Part shown: positions 8,591 to 18,296 of the stretch, piece after piece | How the letters are laid out: each line of letters starts with the position of its first letter | Position numbering within the stretch: the first letter of the stretch is position 1 | Virus record (IMG/VR): IMGVR_UViG_3300044846_003573 | Origin: a virus | Lineage: Duplodnaviria > Caudoviricetes | DNA: 64,000 nt | Strand: one strand, 5' to 3' | Position numbers and translations under genes: made by a program | Notes under the pieces: generated by a model | Told to the model about the DNA's origin: nothing | Databases searched by the model: none | What the model saw: the letters and a program-made list of their open reading frames with translations, nothing else

Positions 8591-9352
8591 GTGAAAGATA
8601 ATAATATAATTCAAAGTTTTTTTTCTAAAGATGAACTTAACTCAAAAATTTGGGATGAGAACATGAAGTTGCGTAAAGAAGTAAGAGAAAAATTACTTTA
8701 CACTGCAAATGAATTTATTGATTTTATTGGTGTTCCTTTATTAATTGAGGATGTTATTTTCACAGGTTCTTTAGCAAACTACAATTGGTCGGAGTATTCT
8801 GATATTGATTTACACGTCGTTTGTGATTTCATTCAATTTTCTGACACTGAGTTATCACTTTACGAAGAATTATTTAAAGTTAAAAAAACTATTTTCAATA
8901 CCAATCACGATATTAAAATTTTTGGGTATGAAGTTGAACTATATGTTCAAAACGCATCTGAAGCACATTTTAGTTCAGGTGTTTATTCAGTTCTATATGA
9001 TGAATGGGATATGAAACCTGAAAAAGAAGAAGTTAAGATAGACACTAAATTATTAAAGTCAAAAATTAATCATTGGAAAACACAGATTGACACTGTGGTT
9101 GATAACGCATCAGAGAAAGATATTGATGAAGCAAGAGAATATATTAAAAAATTTAAAGAAAAACTTAAAAAATATAGGAGTTCAGGTCTTAAAAAAGATG
9201 GTGAATATTCATATGAAAATTTGGTCTTTAAGTACTTAAGAAGAAGTGATTATTTGGAAAAACTATTTAATTTAGAGAATAAATTGGTCGATAAAGAATT
9301 ATCACTAATGGAACAAAAGATAGATTTTTTACTTAATCTAAAAAAATCTTAA
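8591..9352 (+). CDS. Pol-beta superfamily nucleotidyltransferase with helical C-terminal domain
   Basis: FTGSLANYNWSEYSDIDLHVV (GS...DxD) and third acidic residue in VELYVQ. Confidence 0.8.
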   Translation: MKDNNIIQSFFSKDELNSKIWDENMKLRKEVREKLLYTANEFIDFIGVPLLIEDVIFTGSLANYNWSEYSDIDLHVVCDFIQFSDTELSLYEELFKVKKTIFNTNHDIKIFGYEVELYVQNASEAHFSSGVYSVLYDEWDMKPEKEEVKIDTKLLKSKINHWKTQIDTVVDNASEKDIDEAREYIKKFKEKLKKYRSSGLKKDGEYSYENLVFKYLRRSDYLEKLFNLENKLVDKELSLMEQKIDFLLNLKKS

Positions 9353-9361
9353 ATTTCTGTA

Positions 9362-9368
9362 TATTTAT
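9362..9368 (+). promoter_or_regulatory. putative late promoter motif TATTTAT
   Basis: 16 nt upstream of ATG 9385. Confidence 0.55.
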
Positions 9369-9384
9369 TAAGAAAACTTAAATT

Positions 9385-9573
9385 ATGGCGCAGTATTCTT
9401 CTGGAACATATACTTATGTGGTTATTAACAACACTACAGGTGGAACTAATTGTAATACTTGTACATCAACATTACAACCACACCCAACTTATGGTGGTGG
9501 AACAATTTCAGGAGATACTGTAATACAACTAAACGCCGTAACAATAGGCGGTTTTAACGGATTAAATAGTTAA
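9385..9573 (+). CDS. small Thr/Gly-rich protein (62 aa), possibly virion-associated
   Basis: First gene after a late motif; CxxC and two [ST]GxT motifs. Confidence 0.65.
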   Translation: MAQYSSGTYTYVVINNTTGGTNCNTCTSTLQPHPTYGGGTISGDTVIQLNAVTIGGFNGLNS

Positions 9574-9579
9574 AAAATT

Positions 9580-10857
9580 ATGAGCAAACTAAAACCAATT
9601 GGTAGTGAGAAACTACAAGGTATGGATAAAATCCAAAGAATTATGGAAATAGCTCGTTATAACGAGAATATACCAAATTCAATTAATGAAACATCTTCAG
9701 TTGATTACAGAGTAACATTAGCTGATGGTAACACCTATGAAATTGTAAAAGAAAGATTGGGTTATATCATTAAAAAACAAATCAATGAATCTACTTCAGA
9801 TTATATTGACCATATGAAGAATAGAAAACATTTTTCTTCATACTCTGCAGCTATGAGAAAATTAAATTTAATGGCTGGTGAAATTAATAGAGTTAATGGT
9901 ATTAGTGAAGGAATTTCTTTATTTACTGAAGATAAGAAATACATGTTAAAAACACCAAAACCTGAAATGGAAGCCCCAACTGAAGCACCTTCAGATTTAC
10001 CTCCACCGGCACCTGCTCCTGAGGAAACTCCTGCACCTGCTGACCCATCTATGGGTTCAGACATGGGTGGTGATTTACCAGTTGCACCTGAAGGTGATGA
10101 AATGGGTATGGAAGAACCAACAGGTATGGAAGAACCAACAGGTATGGAAGATATGGGTGAATTACCATCAGAAGGTGGGGAAGGTGAACCTGTAACATTT
10201 AAATCTATCCAAAAGTTAACTGGAAAGTTGGCTCAAAAAATTAGAGATTATTCAGGTGAAGATGAGTTATCAAGTAAAGATGTAAAATATGTTATTAATT
10301 CAATATTATCTTCTTTAGATTTAAATTCATTGGATGAAGAAGATAAAGAAGAAATTTTATCTAGATTTGAAGGTGAGGAAGAATCCGATTACGGAATGGA
10401 AGATATGGGTTCATCTGAAGATGAAATGTCAAGTGAAGAACCTGATATGTCTTCGGAAGAAGAACCAATGCCTGAACCTGAGGGTGAAATGGCTGAAGGA
10501 TGGATGGACGAAATGGAATTTAAAGAGGAGGATTTTGTTACTGCTAGCTTAGATAAAATTTTTGGGGAGTCAACAATTGAAAAAGTTCTTAAAAGTTATG
10601 TTGTAATTAATGAAAATGAAAAGAAATTTGTTAAAGAAAAGAAAAAAGAACAAAAAGTTATTTCAGAATCAAGAAAAATTAAATACAACAAAGAAATTGA
10701 AAGATTATCTTTAACTGAAGCTCAAGCTGAAATATCAAAAAAGATTGTTAACAATTTCCCATTTGTAACTTTTGTAGGTAAAACTAATAAAGGTAATTTA
10801 GTATTTGAAAATAAAGACAAGCAACTTAAGGTGTCCCCACAAGGTAATATCCTATGA
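9580..10857 (+). CDS. acidic Pro/Glu/Met-rich putative head core/internal protein
   Basis: Low-complexity acidic linkers and multiple INE/ISE/LTE motifs typical of prohead-protease substrates. Confidence 0.6.
   Translation: MSKLKPIGSEKLQGMDKIQRIMEIARYNENIPNSINETSSVDYRVTLADGNTYEIVKERLGYIIKKQINESTSDYIDHMKNRKHFSSYSAAMRKLNLMAGEINRVNGISEGISLFTEDKKYMLKTPKPEMEAPTEAPSDLPPPAPAPEETPAPADPSMGSDMGGDLPVAPEGDEMGMEEPTGMEEPTGMEDMGELPSEGGEGEPVTFKSIQKLTGKLAQKIRDYSGEDELSSKDVKYVINSILSSLDLNSLDEEDKEEILSRFEGEEESDYGMEDMGSSEDEMSSEEPDMSSEEEPMPEPEGEMAEGWMDEMEFKEEDFVTASLDKIFGESTIEKVLKSYVVINENEKKFVKEKKKEQKVISESRKIKYNKEIERLSLTEAQAEISKKIVNNFPFVTFVGKTNKGNLVFENKDKQLKVSPQGNIL
10105..10150 (+). repeat. 18-nt tandem repeat GGTATGGAAGAACCAACA x2.5 (GMEEPT)
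   Basis: Read directly. Confidence 0.85.
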
Positions 10858-11273
10858 GTTATTTAGTTTTTGTTAACGGATTAGGAGCTAATTATAGGGG
10901 AAACAAAACTTACGAGTTTATTTTCTCACAAACAACTGAAGTATTTGGTGATGATTGGGACACAGTTCCAGCTAATGGAAACCCAACACCACCTGATACT
11001 GAAGAAATTAAAAAAGTAGGAGTATTGAATAGAGACGGAATAGATATGGAGCTCATTCAAAACTCCGATTTTTTTTGTATGAAAGATGCAATAGACAATG
11101 TGGTAGCTTTAGCTTGGGAAAACGATAGTGACAAAGATGAAAGATTAGTTTTTCACTTTGGAATGACTGAACAACAAGTAAAAGATAAATTATATGAAAA
11201 GGATATAATCCTTGAATTTTATAAAGAGTTTGAAGAAGATGGAAATAAAAAGACAAATTCAAAAATTAGTTGA
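10854..11273 (+). CDS. hypothetical protein (139 aa)
   Basis: ATGA overlap with the upstream stop (translational coupling). Confidence 0.75.
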   Translation: MSYLVFVNGLGANYRGNKTYEFIFSQTTEVFGDDWDTVPANGNPTPPDTEEIKKVGVLNRDGIDMELIQNSDFFCMKDAIDNVVALAWENDSDKDERLVFHFGMTEQQVKDKLYEKDIILEFYKEFEEDGNKKTNSKIS

Positions 11274-12132
11274 GATAGGTTTTACTAAAGAAAATTTAAG
11301 TAAACAATCTCCAAAACAAATTAATACCTTATATGAATCTATGGTTAATGCCCATGGATTTGTTGGTTATGGTAAAATGGATAAACCTATTGGAAGAATG
11401 TTTTCAGGTGGTAAAAAAACTGAAGCTAAAGAAGCAATTACTCAAACTAAAGATGTAACAACAACCACAAATATACCTTTATCGGACATTCAAAATAAAG
11501 GAACTGTAATTCCAAAATCAAATGACCCTAATAAACCGTCAACAGCTAAAGTGGAAAACGGAGTTTTAAAAATTTCTACCGCTGAAGGTGAAATGACTGA
11601 AGGTAAGAAAAAAAGAAAAAAGAAAGTTGAAAAAAATCCTTGGGCTATCTGTACATCATCATTAGGTTTGGAAGGTAAGAAGAAAGATGATTACACTAAA
11701 GGTGAAGATAAGAAATTTGAAAGATGTGTTCTTGATGTCAAAAAGTCATTAAAAGAAGGTAAAAATCCATATGAAGTAATTTTGGAACGAAAAATGAGAG
11801 AAATCATTGAAGAAAATTTAAGACCAACTATGACTAAAAAAGATTTGATTAAAAGTATTTTGGAATCAAAAACAAAAGAAAAAACTAAAGAAAAGGAAAA
11901 AACAACTACTCCTACAAGAAAGAATCCTTTTCAACCGGCACCTAACACTGACCCAAAACCAAAAGGTTCGGGAACTAAGGAAAAAGAAAAAACTAAGGAA
12001 AAGGAAAGAACAACAACAAACCCTAGAAAAAACCCTTTTCAACCAGCTCCTAACACAGACCCAAGACCAAAAGGTAAATTACCTGATTATTTAAGTTTTG
12101 GTAAAATGAATATTAAATTAAAAGGTGAGTAA
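11239..12132 (+). CDS. Lys/Thr-rich hypothetical protein with tandem repeat (likely start ATG 11239, MEIKRQ)
   Basis: Many xxE motifs (LYE, MTE, LKE, ILE); C-terminal repeat. Confidence 0.7.
   Translation: MEIKRQIQKLVEIGFTKENLSKQSPKQINTLYESMVNAHGFVGYGKMDKPIGRMFSGGKKTEAKEAITQTKDVTTTTNIPLSDIQNKGTVIPKSNDPNKPSTAKVENGVLKISTAEGEMTEGKKKRKKKVEKNPWAICTSSLGLEGKKKDDYTKGEDKKFERCVLDVKKSLKEGKNPYEVILERKMREIIEENLRPTMTKKDLIKSILESKTKEKTKEKEKTTTPTRKNPFQPAPNTDPKPKGSGTKEKEKTKEKERTTTNPRKNPFQPAPNTDPRPKGKLPDYLSFGKMNIKLKGE
11872..12076 (+). repeat. tandem ~33-aa repeat TKEKxKxKEKxxTTTxxRKNPFQPAPNTDPxPKG x2
   Basis: Read directly in protein and DNA. Confidence 0.85.
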
Positions 12133-12133
12133 G

Positions 12134-13447
12134 ATGAAAAAAGAACAATTAGTAAAAAGATTGGTTAGTCGAATTAATGAGGCACCTATCGGATACGAAG
12201 GACCTGAAAGAATGGCTCCTGATATTCAATCTAAATTTGAAAAAGGTGAAACTCCTCATTCAGGTAGTAAAGCATTTCCTGAAATTACACCTGAAGGACC
12301 GGATAAACCATCTAACTTTGAGCAACTTATTGCATCACAGAGATTTAAAGAGGTTATCAACAGATTAAAAAGATATACTGGCCTTCAAGATGTTACATCA
12401 CAAAATGCTATGATGCAACTTCAAATGATGGTAATGAATGCTATGCAAGAGATTGCTCAGATAGAATCTGAAAACAGAGAATACTTGGAAGAACTTGCGA
12501 TTGAGGTTGTTCAAAAAGAATTTGCAATTCCTGAAGGAGCGTTACAATATGATGTAAAGTTGGTTCAACCAAATGATATTGACTCAAGTAAGTTATCTCC
12601 TAAAGGTGAAGAACCAAGTGAAGAAGAAATTGAAAATATGTTTGGTTCTGAAGAAGAACAAGAACAACTTGAAGATTTCATGGACTCATTTGAAAAATTT
12701 GACTTAGAAAAGGCTAAAAGACGATTTATTAACTCACTTATCCAAGGAGCTGCTAAACAATCTTCTTATATGTTTGAATTGTTAAACAGAGAATTAAATG
12801 CCATTAACCCAAGGTTATTAAATTTGTATGGTGTGTTTATGTCATTTGCCGATTCACTTTATTGGTTAATGCCCGACTCAATGGTTCAAGGTATGGCGGG
12901 TGGTGGAGAATCAACATATGGTATGTCTGAGTTAGATGCTAAGACTGACCCACCGACAGTAAAGGCTCGTGGTGTTAACTTACCAATTCTTATTCATGAA
13001 CTTGCTAAAGGTGTTATGGAAATTGCTGGTACATACGGATTACCAAAAGATAAGACAAGACAAGAGGCAGTAATTAACTCACAAGATACTGTTGTTGGTG
13101 AAATTTGGGATATGAGATTAGGTCCAGTTATTTGGCAAAAGTTCCGTGAGTCTTATCCTGATGAGTTATTTGATGACGATAAGAGAAACTTACAACAGTA
13201 TTTCCTTGTTAAGTTTGCCGAACTTACTCCAAACGAATTTTTTGCAATGGCTCGTGAAATTTTATCAGGTTCACCAAAAGGAAAGAAAATGGTGAAAGAT
13301 ATGGTTGATGAAATTGTTGAAGAACTAAAAGGATATGAGTATGAAGATACTATAAAAAAATATGAGGATGATGACGACGACGACGATGATGATGATGATG
13401 ATGATGAGGATTTTGATGACTTCTTAAAAGGATTAGGTATCAACTAA
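12134..13447 (+). CDS. hypothetical protein directly upstream of TerL, with C-terminal poly-Asp (likely start ATG 12134)
   Basis: Long ORF; 13 consecutive Asp codons at 13367-13405. Confidence 0.8.
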   Translation: MKKEQLVKRLVSRINEAPIGYEGPERMAPDIQSKFEKGETPHSGSKAFPEITPEGPDKPSNFEQLIASQRFKEVINRLKRYTGLQDVTSQNAMMQLQMMVMNAMQEIAQIESENREYLEELAIEVVQKEFAIPEGALQYDVKLVQPNDIDSSKLSPKGEEPSEEEIENMFGSEEEQEQLEDFMDSFEKFDLEKAKRRFINSLIQGAAKQSSYMFELLNRELNAINPRLLNLYGVFMSFADSLYWLMPDSMVQGMAGGGESTYGMSELDAKTDPPTVKARGVNLPILIHELAKGVMEIAGTYGLPKDKTRQEAVINSQDTVVGEIWDMRLGPVIWQKFRESYPDELFDDDKRNLQQYFLVKFAELTPNEFFAMAREILSGSPKGKKMVKDMVDEIVEELKGYEYEDTIKKYEDDDDDDDDDDDDDEDFDDFLKGLGIN

Positions 13448-13454
13448 AAACTTT

Positions 13455-13480
13455 AAAACCCTTCAGAGATGAAGGGTTTT
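13455..13480. terminator. intrinsic terminator with GAGA loop
   Basis: AAAACCCTTCA-GAGA-TGAAGGGTTTT. Confidence 0.8.
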
Positions 13481-13500
13481 CTATTTTAATATAAATTTTA

Positions 13501-13507
13501 TATTTAT
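13501..13507 (+). promoter_or_regulatory. putative late promoter motif TATTTAT
   Basis: 5 nt upstream of the terL ATG. Confidence 0.55.
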
Positions 13508-13512
13508 AGTAT

Positions 13513-15258
13513 ATGAGTTTATCTAAAGAAGCCGTTTTAATGGAGTATGCCAAGTGTATGAAATCAACACCATACGCCCTTAAAACTTATTTACAGACAT
13601 ATGACAACACTGTTTCAAAGTATGTCCCGTTAGAGTTATTCCCTGACCAAGTTAGTTTAGTTGAGGATTACGAAAATTACAATGAAAATATCGCATTAAA
13701 GTACAGACAAGCTGGTGTATCTACAGTAACTGCCGCATGGTCATCAAAAAAACTTGTTTTTGCTAAAAAGAATAGTCCTGAAAAAGTTTTGATTATTGCG
13801 AATAAGTTGGATACTGCGGTTGAGGTAGCAAATAAGATTAGAGGATTTACTGACCAGTGGCCTAGCTGGGTTGGTGTTGGATTTTCATCTGAAAAAAACT
13901 CACAAAGACATTTTAAATTAACAAACGGATGTGAAGTTAAAGCGGTTGCAACATCTAAGGATGCTCTTCGTGGTTACACACCAACAATATTAATATTTGA
14001 CGAAGCCGCATACATTGAAGCAGATGGTGATTTTTGGGCGGCTTGTATGGCGTCCTTATCCACAGGTGGTAAGGTAATAGTTGTATCAACACCAAATGGA
14101 TATGATGCAATTTACTATGAAATTTACGACCAAGCACTAAAGGGAATGAATGAATTTAAAGTTTCCGAAATGGTTTGGTGGAAAGACCCAAGATACGCTA
14201 AAGATTTATCATTAATCAATGTAAAAGATATTATTCATTATTATTTAAATCGTAATGACTATCCAAATGTTGAAATTATTGACTATAACAATAAAGAAAA
14301 AAACTTTGATGATATAAGACAACTAATTGCTCAGGGATATAAACCAAGTTCTTCTTGGTATGAGTCAATGGTTAAGAAACTTAAATACGATAAACGTAAG
14401 GTTAATCAGGAATTGGAATGTGCGTTTCTTGGTTCGGGTGATAACGTATTTGATTCTGATTTATTGGAAAATTTAAGAGTTAATATGGTTAAGGAACCTC
14501 CTACAAAAATGATGGGTGGTGGACTTTGGATTTGGAAAGAACCTGAGATGGGTAAAAAATATATCATGGGTGTTGACGTATCTCGTGGAGATAGTGAGGA
14601 TTTCTCAACATTCCAAATTGTGGATTTTGATACGAGAGAGCAAGTGGCAGAATATGTTGGTAAACTTCCTCCTGACACTTTGGCTGAAATATGTTATAAG
14701 TGGGGTAATATGTATAACGCATTTATTGTTATTGATATTACAGGCGGTATGGGTGTTACAACATCTTTAAGATTAAGAGAGTTGGGTTATAGAAATATGT
14801 ATGTTGATGGTGTTGACGTTTCAAATAAATGGAAATATGACCCAAAGGCCACAGAAAAAATACCAGGAATTAATTTTAACGCTAAAAGAGTTCAAATTAT
14901 TGCGACGTTTGAAGAATATTTAAGGCATGGATTTAGAATAAATTCAAGTAGGTTATTAAACGAAATGAATACATTCATTTATATGAATGGGAGACCTGAC
15001 CACCAAAAGGGACAACATGATGACTTGATTATGTCTGTGGCAATGGCTCTTTATGTCGGTGAATCATCATTTACATCACTTAATAAGGTTACAAATCAGA
15101 CAAAAGCGATGATTGATTCGTGGACTGTTAATACAAATGAGTATAACAGAAAACAATTTATGGAACCGGTTATCCCACAACATCAGGAAAACTTTAAACG
15201 AGAAGCTACAAAAAGCGACTACGAAAACTATTTATGGTTATTCGGAGGAAGAAGATAA
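13513..15258 (+). CDS. terL: terminase large subunit (T4 gp17-like)
   Basis: KYRQAGVST Walker A, LIFDEAAYIE Walker B, VSTPNG, nuclease GVDVSRG...HDDLIMS. Confidence 0.95.
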   Translation: MSLSKEAVLMEYAKCMKSTPYALKTYLQTYDNTVSKYVPLELFPDQVSLVEDYENYNENIALKYRQAGVSTVTAAWSSKKLVFAKKNSPEKVLIIANKLDTAVEVANKIRGFTDQWPSWVGVGFSSEKNSQRHFKLTNGCEVKAVATSKDALRGYTPTILIFDEAAYIEADGDFWAACMASLSTGGKVIVVSTPNGYDAIYYEIYDQALKGMNEFKVSEMVWWKDPRYAKDLSLINVKDIIHYYLNRNDYPNVEIIDYNNKEKNFDDIRQLIAQGYKPSSSWYESMVKKLKYDKRKVNQELECAFLGSGDNVFDSDLLENLRVNMVKEPPTKMMGGGLWIWKEPEMGKKYIMGVDVSRGDSEDFSTFQIVDFDTREQVAEYVGKLPPDTLAEICYKWGNMYNAFIVIDITGGMGVTTSLRLRELGYRNMYVDGVDVSNKWKYDPKATEKIPGINFNAKRVQIIATFEEYLRHGFRINSSRLLNEMNTFIYMNGRPDHQKGQHDDLIMSVAMALYVGESSFTSLNKVTNQTKAMIDSWTVNTNEYNRKQFMEPVIPQHQENFKREATKSDYENYLWLFGGRR

Positions 15259-15262
15259 AATT

Positions 15263-15436
15263 ATGGGTTTTTTAAAAAGGCAAAAATCTAATACATATAA
15301 TGCTGGTACAAGAATGATTGTTCCAGGTCTTGGTATTTTAACTGCAATCATACAAAATGGTGATAAAATACAAATTAAACCAAATGAAACTACTGGTACT
15401 ATTTCTTCATCGGAAAATCCTCCGACAACTCCATAA
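15263..15436 (+). CDS. small hypothetical protein (57 aa, MGFLKRQK...) between terL and portal
   Basis: ATG 4 nt after the terL stop; same frame as ORF-track 15113..15436. Confidence 0.5.
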   Translation: MGFLKRQKSNTYNAGTRMIVPGLGILTAIIQNGDKIQIKPNETTGTISSSENPPTTP

Positions 15437-15479
15437 CCTATGTATCATATTTTGATTAAACTTTAATTTAATTTAAAAG

Positions 15480-15486
15480 TATTTAT
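15480..15486 (+). promoter_or_regulatory. putative late promoter motif TATTTAT
   Basis: 8 nt upstream of the portal ATG. Confidence 0.55.
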
Positions 15487-15494
15487 ATTTTAGT

Positions 15495-17342
15495 ATGAGT
15501 GAAAATAAACTAACGGTATGGCAACGGTTATCCCAAACATTTGGACCCAATTCTCTTTTGGGTCAGGATTATCCTACGTACAAATATGATAAGAGTGAAT
15601 TATTAAAAACAACCTCTAAGTCTGAGTATGAAAGAGAAAAACTTCAGGCACAACAAACATATTATTTAGCAAACCAATGGGGTAGAATTGAAAATAATCT
15701 ATACACACAAGCGGTTTTTTATGAACCAACCAGATTATCATCATTCTATGACTATGAGTCAATGGAATTTACTCCTGAAATTGGTGCTGCTTTAGACATT
15801 TATGCTGAAGAATCAACAACCATCAATCAGGATGGTTATATGTTACAAATCTATTCTGAATCATCAAGAATTAAATCAATTTTAGGTGATTTGTTTAATA
15901 ATGCTTTAGATATTAATACTAACTTACCAATGTGGACAAGAAACACATGTAAGTATGGTGATAATTTTGTTTACATAAAATTAGACCCTGAAAAAGGTGT
16001 TGTTGGATGTATGCAACTACCAATTATTGAAATTGAAAGATTGGAAGCCAGTATGGGTTCACATTCAACAGATTCAACTACTAATCCCGAAAAAAAACAT
16101 TTAAAGTTTAAATGGAAACAAAAAGATTTAGAATTTAATACTTGGGAAATCGCTCACTTTAGATTATTAGGTGATGATAGAAGATTACCTTATGGTACCG
16201 CTATGTTGGAGAAGGCTCGTCGTATTTGGAAACAATTATTGTTATCTGAAGACGCTATGTTAATTTATAGAACATCAAGAGCACCTGAAAGACGTGTATT
16301 CAAAGTATTTGTTGGTAACATGGATGACGCCGATGTTGAACCGTATATCCAAAGATTTGCTAATAAGTTTAAGAGAAGTCAAACAGTTGACCAAAAAACG
16401 GGTAATGTTGATATGAGATTTAATCAGATGGCAGTTGACCAAGATTATTTTGTTCCTGTTAGAGATACTACACAAACAATGCCTATTGAGACATTACCAG
16501 GAGCTGCGAACTTATCAGAGATTGCCGATATTGAGTATATCCAAAAGAAATTGTTAACGGCTCTTCGTGTTCCTAAAGCATTTTTAGGTTTTGAAGAAAC
16601 TGTTGGTGATGGTAAAAACTTATCATTACAAGATATTCGTTTTGCAAGAACTATTAACAGAATTCAGAAAAATATGATTTCTGAATTAAATAAAATTGCA
16701 ATCATACATTTATTCATTTTAGGTTTTGAAGATGAAATATCAAACTTTACATTAAGTTTGACAAACCCATCAACTCAAGCTGATTTAATGAAGATTGATG
16801 TATGGAAAGAAAAAGTTTTATTATATAAGGATTTAGTTGCCGACCCTGGTAGTGGTATTGCACCAGTGTCTATGTCATGGGCTAAGAAACATATTCTTGG
16901 ATTTTCAGATGAAGAAATTAAACTTGATTTACAACAACAACGTATTGAAAGAGCTGTTGGTGAAGAACTTAAGAAAACTGCCGAAGTTATTACTCACACA
17001 GGTTTATTTGATAATTTAGATAAATTATATGGTAAAAAAGAAGGTGAACCAGCGGGTACTCCATCAGAAGGTGGAGGTGCTCCACCTGAATCAGGATTAG
17101 GAGGAATGGAAGGATTTGGAGGTGGTTCCGAAAGTCCTGCACCACCATCTGAAAGTCCTGCCCCACCATCGGCAGAAGGAGCAGGTACAGTTCCTGAAAA
17201 TGTAGAAAAACGTAATTCAGGTCTTAATATTTTATTAGAAAATAGTGGAATGTTAAATGAAGATGAACTGATTGATTTAGGTAGAGTTCAAGAATCATTG
17301 GGTGAAATTGGAAATCAGTTGGATAAACTATTAAAGGATTGA
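15495..17342 (+). CDS. gp20: portal protein (T4 gp20-like)
   Basis: EDAMLIYRTSRAPERRVF, DYFVPVR, IETLPG, IEYIQKKL...LRVPKAFL motifs. Confidence 0.95.
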   Translation: MSENKLTVWQRLSQTFGPNSLLGQDYPTYKYDKSELLKTTSKSEYEREKLQAQQTYYLANQWGRIENNLYTQAVFYEPTRLSSFYDYESMEFTPEIGAALDIYAEESTTINQDGYMLQIYSESSRIKSILGDLFNNALDINTNLPMWTRNTCKYGDNFVYIKLDPEKGVVGCMQLPIIEIERLEASMGSHSTDSTTNPEKKHLKFKWKQKDLEFNTWEIAHFRLLGDDRRLPYGTAMLEKARRIWKQLLLSEDAMLIYRTSRAPERRVFKVFVGNMDDADVEPYIQRFANKFKRSQTVDQKTGNVDMRFNQMAVDQDYFVPVRDTTQTMPIETLPGAANLSEIADIEYIQKKLLTALRVPKAFLGFEETVGDGKNLSLQDIRFARTINRIQKNMISELNKIAIIHLFILGFEDEISNFTLSLTNPSTQADLMKIDVWKEKVLLYKDLVADPGSGIAPVSMSWAKKHILGFSDEEIKLDLQQQRIERAVGEELKKTAEVITHTGLFDNLDKLYGKKEGEPAGTPSEGGGAPPESGLGGMEGFGGGSESPAPPSESPAPPSAEGAGTVPENVEKRNSGLNILLENSGMLNEDELIDLGRVQESLGEIGNQLDKLLKD

Positions 17343-17349
17343 TATTTAT
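17343..17349 (+). promoter_or_regulatory. putative late promoter motif TATTTAT
   Basis: 17 nt upstream of ATG 17367. Confidence 0.55.
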
Positions 17350-17366
17350 AATTAAATTATTATAAA

Positions 17367-18077
17367 ATGAGATTCGGAATAATTAAAACACTAGTAGAAA
17401 ATAAGTTGGTAGAGTCATTCAAAAATGATGCTCTTAAAACTGATATGTATCTTTTTAACAAAAAATTATTGAAAAATAAAGATTTTGTTAAAATGATGTC
17501 AATTTATGACAACCTAAATGAAAACAAAGGTTTAGATAAAGAAACTTCCAATTACTTGGTTGAGGATATGGTTTCAGAATTTAAAAATCTAAATCTTTCA
17601 GAATCAACAAATAAATTTATTAAAAGTTGGACAAAAGATATTGTTTTAGAAAACAAATACGAAACTATTGATGATTTATTGTATGGTGATTTGATAAAAC
17701 CTGAAAAAAAATCAATTGCCAAAAAGAAAATTGTTGAAAGTTTAACTAAAACTAAACCAATTGTTGAAAATAAAACACCCAAAGTTCCAATTAGTTCAAT
17801 GTTAAAAGTTGCTAATAAAACTGCTGAAAAATATTTAGAAAATTTAACTGAATCGGAAAGAAATTCAATTAAAGAAATTTTAACTTCAAAAGAAGAAAAT
17901 TTAAAAAGTAAATTTGACGAATTAAAAGAAAATGCGGTTCAAAAAATTGACATATTAATTTCAGAATCTGATGAAGAACTTAAAAATGTTTTAGTTGAAA
18001 CAAAAGAAAGAGTTACAAACTCTAAACCATCTAAAAAAGAATATATTAAGTTATTGAGCTTAACTCAAAATTTATAA
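17367..18077 (+). CDS. helical hypothetical head-assembly (prohead core-like) protein
   Basis: Follows portal; about ten (L/I/V)xE motifs. Confidence 0.6.
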   Translation: MRFGIIKTLVENKLVESFKNDALKTDMYLFNKKLLKNKDFVKMMSIYDNLNENKGLDKETSNYLVEDMVSEFKNLNLSESTNKFIKSWTKDIVLENKYETIDDLLYGDLIKPEKKSIAKKKIVESLTKTKPIVENKTPKVPISSMLKVANKTAEKYLENLTESERNSIKEILTSKEENLKSKFDELKENAVQKIDILISESDEELKNVLVETKERVTNSKPSKKEYIKLLSLTQNL

Positions 18078-18257
18078 TTCAGTATTTTTTAAATTTTTAT
18101 AAATTGCATTTTTTAAAATCTGACGTTTTGTGTCAGATTTTTTTTTGTAGTATTTTCCCTCCTGTAATTTTTTTACAAGTTGAGTTTTAACTACTTTTTG
18201 TTTAAAAATTTTTAAAGCTTTTTCCACCTCGTTATTTCTGACAGGGATAATTAACAT
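18072..18257 (-). CDS. rpsU: ribosomal protein bS21 homolog (61 aa, start ATG 18257, MLIIPVRNNEVEKALKIFKQKV...)
   Basis: MLIIPV N-terminus, E-KALK-FK-K, basic KxSxxKR stretch; the position between portal and prohead protease matches described bS21-encoding phages. Confidence 0.85.
   Translation of the reverse strand: MLIIPVRNNEVEKALKIFKQKVVKTQLVKKLQEGKYYKKKSDTKRQILKNAIYKNLKNTEL
18115..18146 (+). terminator. terminator hairpin for the plus-strand transcript, embedded antisense in the bS21 coding sequence
   Basis: AAAATCTGAC-GTTTTGT-GTCAGATTTT followed by further T residues. Confidence 0.65.
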
Positions 18258-18261
18258 TTTT

Positions 18262-18290
18262 TTGACAACTATATTTTTGTGTGTTATTAT
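18262..18290 (+). promoter_or_regulatory. sigma70-like promoter TTGACA-N17-TATTAT upstream of ORF 18328
   Basis: Perfect -35, 17-nt spacer, 5/6 match at -10. Confidence 0.4.
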
Positions 18291-18296
18291 TAATGT

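Noticed and set aside
13153-13443. Antisense ORF with a poly-Ser run
   Set aside because: Mirror of the poly-Asp (GAT/GAC) tract of the plus-strand gene; no independent start context
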